Assembly (NCBI RefSeq): GCF_009914755.1
Contig: NC_060931.1
Reading direction: 5' to 3' (one strand)
DNA length: 64,000 nucleotides
From: the human T2T-CHM13v2.0 reference genome, Homo sapiens
Position numbers and translations under genes: made by a program. The notes beneath the pieces were generated by a model, which did no database searches, had not been told where the DNA came from, and saw nothing but the letters and a program-made list of their open reading frames with translations. Below, piece after piece: positions 1 through 10,070 of this stretch (within the stretch, counting starts at the first letter, position 1; each line of letters opens with the position of its first letter).

Positions 1-330
1 GAGGGGTGGTGCTGGCGGCGGTTAGTTTCCTCGTTGGCAAAAGGCAGGTGGGGTCCGACCCGCCCCTTGGGCGCAGACCCCGGCCGCTCGCCTCGCCCGG
101 TGCGCCCTCGTCTTGCCTATCCAAGAGTGCCCCCCACCTCCCGGGGACCCCAGCTCCCTCCTGGGCGCCCGCGCCGAAAGCCCCAGGCTCTCCTTCGATG
201 GCCGCCTCGCGGAGACGTCCGGGTCTGCTCCACCTGCAGCCCTTCGGTCGCGCCTGGGCTTCGCGGTGGAGCGGGACGCGGCTGTCCGGCCACTGCAGGG
301 GGGGATCGCGGGACTCTTGAGCGGAAGCCC
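1..330. promoter_or_regulatory. 3' tail of the EGFR promoter/exon-1 CpG island
   Basis: Very GC-rich with dense CpGs (ccggccgctcgcctcgcccgg, cgcggagacg), dropping off abruptly after about 330. Confidence 0.85.
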
Positions 331-475
331 CGGAAGCAGAGCTCATCCTGGCCAACACCATGGTGTTTCAAAATGGGGCTCACAGCAAACTTCTCCTCAA
401 AACCCGGAGACTTTCTTTCTTGGATGTCTCTTTTTGCTGTTTGAAGAATTTGAGCCAACCAAAATATTAAACCTG

Positions 476-480
<5 letters not shown>

Positions 481-512
<32 letters not shown>
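481..512. repeat. (CA)16 microsatellite, EGFR CA-SSR1
   Basis: 16 perfect CA units counted; a known length-polymorphic repeat linked to EGFR transcription. Confidence 0.95.
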
Positions 513-514
<2 letters not shown>

Positions 515-761
515 GGATTGCTGTCCCTGGTTCAAGTGTGCCAAGTGTGCAGACAGAACATGAGCGAGTCTGGCTTCGTGACTACCGACCATAAACCCAC
601 TTGACAGGGGAAACATGCCTTGGAAGGTTTAATTGCACAATTCCAACCTTGAGCTGCGCGGGTTCCAAGAGCCAGGCCCGTACTTGCTGTTGATGTCATT
701 GGCTTGGGGAGTTGGGGTTTGGTGCCCAGCGCGGTCGTTGGGGGAGGGGCAAGGCATAGAA

Positions 762-950
762 CAGTGGTTCCCAGACCTTGCTGCACATTGGAATTACCTG
801 GGATTAAAAAAAAAAAAATCAAAACAAAAACCAGTGTCTGGCTCCCGCCCCCAGACATTCTGATTTAATTGGCATGGGGCAAGACCTGGACTTGGGATTT
901 TTTTTAATGCTCTTCATGTGATCTGTTGGGCAGCCAGATTTGGGGATCAC
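762..950. mobile_element. MER5B-like hAT-Charlie DNA transposon
   Basis: CAGTGGTTC...GCTGCACATTGGAATTACCTGGG...ATTCTGATTTAATTGG...GATCACT; near-palindromic MER5 layout. Confidence 0.75.
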
Positions 951-1699
951 TAGACGGAAGAAGGATTGTTAAAGTCTCCGGAGATGTTACTTGCCAATGC
1001 TAAGAGCTCTTTGAGGACATCTGGAATTGTTACAATATTGCCAAATATAGGAAAGAGGGAAAAGGTAGAGTGTGATTCCAATAATAAAGGATTCCGCTTT
1101 TCATTGAAGGAACTGGTGGAAAGGTTTCTTCTCTGCTGAGCCTGCAGGCCCGTCCTGCCTGCCTGGGGTGCCCGGGAGACGCGGGCCTGCTCCGGAGACT
1201 GCTGACTGCCGGTCCTGTTAGTCAGGTGTCAGCCCTGTCTCTGCCGAAGAGACTCTTCTCTTTATTTTAAATTAAACCCTCAGAGCACCACCAAAGCATC
1301 ACTTTTCTCCCTCCATTGGTGTTCTCATTCTTTGATGTTACTTGTTTGAACACCACTATTAGTAGTTGGAGATTTGTTCCTGAGAAAAATATAAATACCA
1401 CTTAATTTGCCTGTTTGTCCCGCATTCACTCAAAACAGAATGCTCCTGAAGACAAGAGAGAGAGTAGGAGAACAGACGCTATTCCATTACAGTAACATAA
1501 AAGACTGGATTTTCAGGGGCAAATTATTAAAATAGGAGATGAGCTCTTTTAACAGAAATTTGTTTAAGGCCTGTGTCTATCAAATTCAGTGGATTTTATT
1601 CAAGATGCACTTTGTTTAGTGGGAGTTTTGTTTGGTTCTGGGACATGCTAACTTCTAGACTTGCTGCTCTTAGAGGTAATGACTGCCAGACACCATTTC

Positions 1700-1870
1700 A
1701 TGAGTCCTAATCCCCACATTAAGCATAAGAGGTGCACACTCTCCTCCTATGGGGGAAACTGAGGTACGAAGAACTAAAGTGACTTTCCCACAGCTGGTGG
1801 GAGGCAGACGGGAAATTCACACCAGGGGCTTCCAACTCCAGATCCCTCTCTCAACTTCCAAACTCCACTG
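1700..1870 (-). mobile_element. MIR SINE fragment
   Basis: GGGGGAAACTGAGGTACGAAGAACTAAAGTGACTTTCCCACAGC resembles the reverse-complement MIR core. Confidence 0.65.
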
Positions 1871-3287
1871 CCTTGTCCGAGTTCTGGTTTCAGGAGATCC
1901 AAATCAGGTGTGTGCAAATGTCTAATGTCAGAGCTGGCAAGGGGAAAGGGCCCAGGGAGCCGGCTCATGACGATGAGCCTGTCTGAAGCTTCAACGCGGG
2001 CTGTCCGGCAGTCTGCATTCCTGCCGAGTTCCTCAGCCCTCTGTTGGGTCACCTTCCATAGAGGCAGCTTAGTCCTCAGTTCAGTGAGCATGGAGTGGAG
2101 ACTGCTTGAGGGGTGCTGAGCAAAGCCCTGCCTCTTACAGGATGAAGGTGCTCTCCAGAAGGGACACTGGAAAGTATTCCAAGGCGAGTCGAATTCCCAA
2201 CTGAGGGAGCTTTGTGGAAATAAGCCCGCCCAGCCCCACTTCTGGAGACGTTCCCATTCAGTAGGTCCGAGCTGTCTTAAAGAGAAACCAAAGTGGGGAT
2301 ATTAATGGTATCCAAAGTGAGATCTACCCCACCCTCCCTCCTCAAAGGAGGTCAGATCAAGAAAGCCCAAGCCCGGCCTGGCAATTGGGACCTTTCTTCT
2401 CACTCCAGCCCAGGGTGAAGGTGGACAAGTCACTTTGACCCTTCAGGCTTCTGAGCTGTTGTTTCTGAATTCAGTGAATATTTACTGAGTGCATAGAATA
2501 TGCTAGATATTCTGGGCTAAAGGTTGAAGGGGGGGTGAGTTTTAAGGGTTTCTGCTCTTGCTTCCAGATTGCTTTCAAATCTGGAAAGGACACCAGTGGT
2601 TTGTGTGTTAGACCCACACTGCCGTAGCACAGAATACAAGAAACTGGCTGAGAGCTCCAATAGGCTTTTAACAGTAATTTCTGGCTTCACGTATTTAGTT
2701 TCATAACTCATGATTTTTCAAAAACTTCTGGTTTGAAGACACCGATTGCCGAAAGTCCATTGTGCTGCATAATTACACTTGGTCCACGTGACAGCACTAA
2801 CATGTTCTGAAATGTTTTTAGAAGTAGTCTCAGCAAAGATGAAGGATTCCTCCCTGTTTGAAAAGAAAATATTCTTTGTTTTTTCTTTGATCTAAGCTCT
2901 AAGACTAGCAGCTAGCATCTGAAACTTTTTTGACGAGAGTGACAAACCAACTCTAATATTAAAGGCAATTGATGATTATGGGCACTGAAGGGAAGGTAAC
3001 CCCAGGCTGGTGCCCCGGAATAGGGATGGGTCACAATGTTGAGGACATTTCGCCTGTTGCAGAACCCACCTGCAACACAGTGTGGCCCTTGCCATGTGAC
3101 TTGTGTGTGTGCCTGTGTGTCTGTGTGTGCGTGTTTTAATTTTGACTTCATAAGTACTCTAGTTATGAGCTTATTTAACATTGGGTTTTACTAATAGGGG
3201 TATGTGTTGAGAAAATTTCAAAGTTTTAGAATATGGTTCACCCACATGTTGCTTCCCTGTAAATATAATTTTTAAAACCAGATTCTG

Positions 3288-3636
<349 letters not shown>

Positions 3637-5039
3637 TTATGGACATTTGAAATTATGGTAATAAACATTGTTAGTCTCAGTTAATTATTACTGGTTTATT
3701 CTTGAACCACTAATCCATAGAGAATAGAGTGTAAATCTTAACTTGTTCCTGTAGGCCATCCCCATTAAACATCATAGTGTTTTCTCATTCGTTCTTTTTC
3801 GTTTTCCTCCTACAGGAATGAATTTTCTAAGAAAATTCCAGCAGTTGGCTCTTTGGACGACATCTCTAGATTGTCCTCCATTGGGCCCATAGGCACAAGC
3901 TGGCCAGTTTGAATTTGGGCAAGAATCCAGGCATTGGAACTTATTCAAATAACTAGTTTGCCTGTAATTTTCACTTTTTCAGAGTCATCTGATAAAGCTT
4001 TCTTGCTACACATTTAGATAGATACACTCAATCCAGTTGTCTAGAAAGTTCCCTGAGCCAGCTGGGAGCAGGAGGGGTAGTTGGGGCCAGGAATATTGGG
4101 GGTGTGTTTACTGAGCCCCTAGAAAGTAAGTGCTAGATTTGACATTTCAATCCCTGAAGGCCCTGAAGTTCAGTATCAAATGACTGGTCCTGTGGACTGA
4201 GCATCTGTGAATTGCATATGCTTAGAGTAAATTTTACTCCTACCAGTTTCAGCAGCTTGCTTTAGCAAGCAGTATGGAAACACTAACATGGGGGAGTAGA
4301 ATTTCTCTCTCTGATCCAAGTTTTATCTCATTCTGGTGGGTTTTCAAGGAGAGACTCGGAGTCCAAGTGTCCTTTCTGAATATATCTGGAACTTCTCATT
4401 AACAAAAGACTCAAGTTATAATTTAGGGGACAAGGCACCCAATGAGAATGCCTTGCAGGCAGCCCTAAGTACACCTGCAATTACACCATTACTAGCGCGG
4501 CAGCACACATGGCCCTGACTTAGTTTAAATAATTACGTAAGTCAACCATGATTGTTTGCCCTTTGCATAGAAGGGCAAGTATTGGTACCTGTTACAACTT
4601 AGGCTTTTTTTTCTTTATGTTTGAGCCATGATGAGTGATTTACACTGTTGCATCCATATGTTGAGATGTAAGAATAAATTAGACTTGGTAATTGCCCTTA
4701 AGTGTCTGGAAGTCAACTGGGGAAAGAGAGCTAGAGATAATAAGTGTGAAACAATGTCACAGAATCAATGACGGAACTCTTCCCAGGACAAAGGATGACT
4801 TTTGAGTTCAGTCTTTGCCTTTAATTCTACATGGGGAGGAGAGCACGTTTAGCCACAAATGGAAGGGATTACTCATTTGAGCTATTTGGTTATATGATTA
4901 TTTCCCCAGAGAATAGGATGTGCAGGGCATTACACAAGCAGTGCCAATAGCAGCAAAGTTCTTGAGAGTGCTAGTAATTCAAATGGCAGGAAGAGAAGGA
5001 ATAAATGGTAAGGCTACCTACAGTTCACAGAGAGCTCCA

Positions 5040-5570
5040 TCCTCACTGTGGCTTTGGATTTTGTCCTGTGTGAAAGAGAAGTGACTGTGAACTGACATGC
5101 TGTGTTTGGTGTTTTAGAAAGATGGCTGCAGCAGCGGTTTGGGGAATGGACTGCAGGAGTGGCATTGGAAACAGGAAGGTTCATGACTATTGCCAGAGAC
5201 AGAGGATGAAGCAGGAGCAAGGAAGATTCAGGACAGGGGACTCCGGGGCTGATCAGGAGGCAGAACTGGTTGATAAGTATATGTAGCAGCATAAGAAAGA
5301 AAGAATCCCAGATTGACACCCAGGCTTCTCACTTGGAAGCCTGGATAGATACTGAATGCAATCACAAAGGCTGGGAAGTCAATGGGACTGCAGGGAAGGG
5401 AAGGGAAGGGAGGAGAAGAGGAAGGGCAGGAGGGTCCAATATCAATATTCAGCTTTTAGATGTGTTGAGCTTGAAGTGCTCAGATGGAGAAGTCCAGGAG
5501 GCAGTAGAATACGGTGGTCCAGAGCACAGGAGAGCAATGTGGCTTGAGTTGTCATTTGCTCACATATTTC
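5040..5570 (-). mobile_element. L2 LINE fragment
   Basis: TTTGGATTTTGTCCTG...TTTTAGAAAGATGGCTG...TTCAGCTTTTAGATGTGTTGAGCTTGAAGTG, typical of reverse-strand L2. Confidence 0.7.
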
Positions 5571-5927
5571 CGTGTCAGTTACTTGTCTTAGATCACAGAA
5601 CAAGTTCTCCTCTCACAGTTTCCTGGCTCCACCTGTCTCATGCTCACCGTCAGCATCGAAATTGAGCCACACCAGGGGTTCTGGATACCAGCTTCTCTCT
5701 AGGTGAGGCTGCTATAGTCAGCAGCTGATTAGTTGCAGTTATCAGCAACTGGTAATATAATATATTGTGCATATAAGTGTACCAGAAGTCATGTTTATAT
5801 ATTGCTGCAAATACTCGGAATGGGGATCTCTTGTTCCCTGCTTAAGACCACATCACATTACTTGGTTTTGTACGCTAGTGGCTGAACCAAAAAAAGTAGG
5901 AGATGATTTTTTTTCTTTTTTCTTAAA

Positions 5928-6085
5928 GCAGTAGCTTTTGAACCTTGACCATGCTTTCTAACCAGCTGAGGGGCTTTTGAAAAAGAGGGTGCCTTACTGT
6001 GCCCCAGACCAGGACAATCAGTATTTCTGGGGAATGGAGCCTGGCACACACACATTTCTTAAAGCTCCCTTGGCAATTCTGAGGA
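5928..6085. mobile_element. Degenerate MER5-like element
   Basis: CAGTAGCTTTTGAACCTTG...AATCAGTATTTCTGGGGAATGGAGCCTGGC...TTAAAGCTCCCTTGGCAATTCTGA. Confidence 0.55.
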
Positions 6086-6268
6086 GTGGATTACATGTTG
6101 TATGTAGCTCGTAACGAAAGAAATCTTGTCTTTGCTCTCAGACCCCCATTTCTTACTCATCTCATGAGCTCCTTCGAGATCCAGAAACAGTTGCATATTT
6201 CATTAGTAAATCAGTTCCAGAGTCACATTTTATTTCACAAGTTAGTCCATTAAAAGTTTCCTGCAGTG

Positions 6269-6808
6269 AGGAAATAGCCAGAAAGAACACTCCACCCCTC
6301 CTCCTTTTTATAACTATAGGGTCTGGCTCGACAGAGCAGGAGCATCGCCATCTTGGACAAGCCCCTCATTCTAAAGTTCACCTTAATAAAAAACTGCCTA
6401 AATTCAAACTGCATCAGCCTAATGGCTAAGGTCAGCATGACCATAAACCACAAATAACATCTCCAACCGGAAACATTCGAAACTCCTCCTCGACCAGAGA
6501 CATGCTAGTCCCGAGATAACCCCCCTCCAGCAGGGAAGATGCCAGTCTCGGGATAACCTCTCTCTGGCCGGAAAGATGCCTGCCCCAAGATAAACTTGCC
6601 TCCTCCCAGAGATATTCCAACCCTGCCATAAAACTTCTCCCTCAAACAGGAACATTCCAAAATTCTGATAATCTCCCTCACCCTAAAACCAATATATACT
6701 CCTAGTCTGTAAGAGAAAGCGCTCTTGACCAAAATTCACCAGGAGTGCCTCCCAGGTTTTAACTAAAGAAAACCTCTCTTTAACTGCCAAAAAAAAAAAG
6801 GGAAAAAA
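6269..6808 (+). mobile_element. ERV1-class LTR (LTR38-like) retrocopy: short internal 3' end + U3-R + poly(A)
   Basis: LTR start (C/T)GACAGAGCAGGAGCATCGCCATCTTGGACAAG at 6329; ends in an A-tail at 6789-6812; 17-bp TSD at 6252-6268 and 6809-6825. The subfamily name is from memory. Confidence 0.75.
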
Positions 6809-6820
6809 AAAAGCTTTCTG

Positions 6821-6995
6821 CAGTGGCTTTCAGCGGGCCCAGCATGGCAGCAGCACCTGAGAACCTGTTGGAGATGCACACTCTTGGACCCCACCCTGGC
6901 CTCTGAGTAAGACACTGGAAGGGCAGGCCCCGGTCTGTGCACACAAGTCCTCAGGGAGATTCTGACTGATGCATGCCAGATTTTGAGAACTGCTG
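6821..6995. mobile_element. MER5A DNA transposon
   Basis: CAGTGGCTTTCA...CAGCAGCACCTGAGAACCTGTTGGAGATGCA...TTTGAGAACTGCTG termini. Confidence 0.75.
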
Positions 6996-7895
6996 ATATA
7001 CTCCAGGCACATCGCATGCTGGGATCTAGATACACCAAGGGAACAAAATAACTGCACTTGTCCTCTGAGGACCGACTTACCTTTTGGAAGGGCTGAGAAA
7101 GAGAGACACATACAAGATCACTCCCTGTAATGCAATGTTTTATAACAGATGTGATTTGGGATTTCAGTGGGAGCCCAAAAGAGGGACTGACTAATTCAGC
7201 CTCTGTGACAAGGGGAGTTTCTCAGAAACAGAATGCTTAGCTGGGCCTCCAGGCACAGGGACAGGAATGAGGAAATACTTGTAGGCCCTGTGCTCCTTCA
7301 GCAAAACCCTCAGTTTCTTGTTATTTTTATAAATGCAAACATCTTATTAAAGTAGATGCTAAGGCATTAGAATTTCCTGCTTTATTTTTCTAAATGACCA
7401 TGAGGAAACCTGGAATGTCAAAGATAAAGTGCAACACATTCTGCATTTAAAAATTAAAATGATCCTTTTTAAAAGTAGCAACCAGATGTGAAAAATTGGA
7501 CTGGAGTCCAGGTTATAGTTGATAGCTTTAACTTTCTCCCCAACAGCAACAGCACAATTTTCCCTAAAATGTGTTATGAATAAGTAAAATGACTACTTCA
7601 CATCCTTTAACTCTTCCTACAGAAATCTAAGAGAGAAATGAAACAAAAGTTTGCACAGTTCTAGACACGATAAATACATGTGAAATCACACAACTCAGAA
7701 AATGTCCCTTAAATTAATTGAGCCATTGGTACTTGTGAATTAGAAGAGACATCTATGTTCTGATCCACTGTTGAAAGCTGTACAATGTTACCTATTTATT
7801 TGCAGACATCCTTTGGAAACAAATAGGTAGATTTGCAACAAATAAAGAGTGGAGTACAGCTGCTGACATTACCTTGTATATTCATGCCTTTATGT

Positions 7896-7900
7896 AAAAA

Positions 7901-7949
<49 letters not shown>
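7896..7949. repeat. Compound A14(TA)13(CA)7 microsatellite
   Basis: Counted directly. Confidence 0.95.
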
Positions 7950-8078
7950 TATGGAGGTAAAGACCACTGCTTGCTTTGCAGTTGTTTTAAGAGCATTCAT
8001 GAAGGATTTTATTTTATAAGCAGAAATGTGATATCTGACGATTTTACCACTACATGCTTGCAGGCCAGTGCACAGCAG

Positions 8079-8088
8079 ATGACGTCAT
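8079..8088. promoter_or_regulatory. Palindromic CRE/ATF motif ATGACGTCAT
   Basis: Perfect 10-bp palindrome retaining its CpG; function untested. Confidence 0.4.
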
Positions 8089-8786
8089 GATTGTTTTAGC
8101 AGTCCTATCGTTTTACTTATGATGTCATTACAACCCTTTGCTAAAATTTCTTTCCTTTACTCCAGGTTTTGGATAAAATTGATGCATTGCACATAGTCTC
8201 TCTGATAAGACAAACTGGCATTTGTATGTGAAAAACTGTGCATGTTTTAGTGTCTCTGCTGATACTCAAATTATCCATTATTTTAGTGCTGGAATAAAAA
8301 CAAACCACTTAGTGAATTTGTGCAGGTCCTTAAGGACAGGCAAAGGTGTCCTGAGATTTTCTGATCATTGTATACCAAATTTTAGAAACTTTTTCAAAAA
8401 CATTTTTTTAATTTCAAAAACCTGGTTTTGTTTATTTACCAGCAATCATTGAATACCTGAAAGCTTTCAGGAGATTTTATTACAATGGTTTCTATTCACT
8501 TACAAAATTATCTCCTAGTTCATTCTCATACACTGTAAGCCATTGTAAATGCTTCAAATTGTGCCGAACAAGATAAACTAGACAAACTATTTTAAGTTTG
8601 TTCTAGTGCTAACTTGCAAGATCTAATGGCTCCAACTAGATTTTTAAAATAAAGTATATTTTAATATATTATTAGAAAGTTAAGCAATTATCTGTTTATA
8701 GGTAACAAAAACCCTGGAACCCCAATGTCAGATGTCATCCACTTTTGATTAAGTCCAAACATATGACAGATAAACAAAAGATGGTT

Positions 8787-9081
<295 letters not shown>

Positions 9082-9286
9082 GTGGTCATTGGAGAATTAT
9101 TGTGTCACCTGTTGTTTTTTAATGTACTAATTTTGAGAGGCTTTTAAATAGAGTGCACTATAGAACTTTTTCTTGGCTTCAATTTGCTACAATGTTAATA
9201 GAGAATCAGAAACCTTATCCTTATAGATGTTTCTTGATTTTTTTAATTTCTGGTGACATTTATGAGTGAGAATAGTGTATTGCCCT

Positions 9287-9373
9287 GTTTTCTTTCTTAC
9301 TCCCCTTTCTTCTTCCTTCCTTGCTTTCTTTCTTCTTCCCTTCCTTCTTTCTCTTCCTCGCTCCTTCTTTTTT
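9287..9373. repeat. TC-rich polypyrimidine low-complexity tract
   Basis: Almost only T/C (ttcttcc/ttcttt units). Confidence 0.85.
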
Positions 9374-9854
9374 ACAAGCTGTTATGAATTAGCCTTCACA
9401 GAGAAAGAAAAATTTTTATAAATAACTGGAAATGAAACTTTGCAAAGGACTGCAGATGAAAAACTTTGTCAAATGACTGTAAAAATATACTATATAATTT
9501 TCAAAAGTTAGAAAGTACCAAACACACTCAGTATTCATGGTTATACAAGTATGCATACACATGTATTGCTCCCTGAAAAGTGGTGTTGTTAAGGGAGTTT
9601 TTCTTAGTACGCGGCTTAACATATTTTTTTCTGTAATTTGTTGTTAGTTATAATGGGGAGAGAAAACAGGTTAGAGTCTCCCCTCTCAGTTTCACCTTCC
9701 ATAAAACAGCTAAACTAGACGATCGTCAGACTCCTTCCAGCTGAAAACATCTGTAAAATTAAAAACAAATCTAAATGTATGCAAGATATGTATTTAAACA
9801 TGCTGGTAATAAGTGTGCTGTCCCTATAATTTAGATGCTAAAACATTGATGTCA

Positions 9855-10070
9855 TAATAATAACAACACCTCGCATTTGTACAGCACCTCATAGTTTACA
9901 CAATGCCTTAACATTCTTCTCTCTCAGCCTCCTACAACCCCACAGGATTGGGATAGCTTTCCAGATTGGGAGGTGAGGGACCCAGGCTCAGAGCGATTCT
10001 GCTGTTGTCCGTAATCACCAGGCTGGTGATCAGTGGGCACTGGGTGCTCTCCTGCTACACAGCACTGTCT
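9855..10070 (-). mobile_element. MIR SINE
   Basis: AATAATAACAACACC...CATTTGTACAGCAC...CCTCCTACAACCCC...AGGCTCAGAG pattern. Confidence 0.6.

Noticed and set aside
6-604. Overlapping 104-163 aa ORFs at the start
   Set aside because: Products of stop-poor CpG-island sequence and the CA repeat (HTHT/CVCV); no domain and no EGFR peptide.
950-1520. Reported EGFR 'downstream' intron-1 enhancer near the CA repeat
   Set aside because: I recall such an element, but cannot fix its coordinates from the sequence alone.
6250-6732. Short minus-strand ORFs over the LTR
   Set aside because: Antisense translations of LTR sequence; no retroviral protein motifs.
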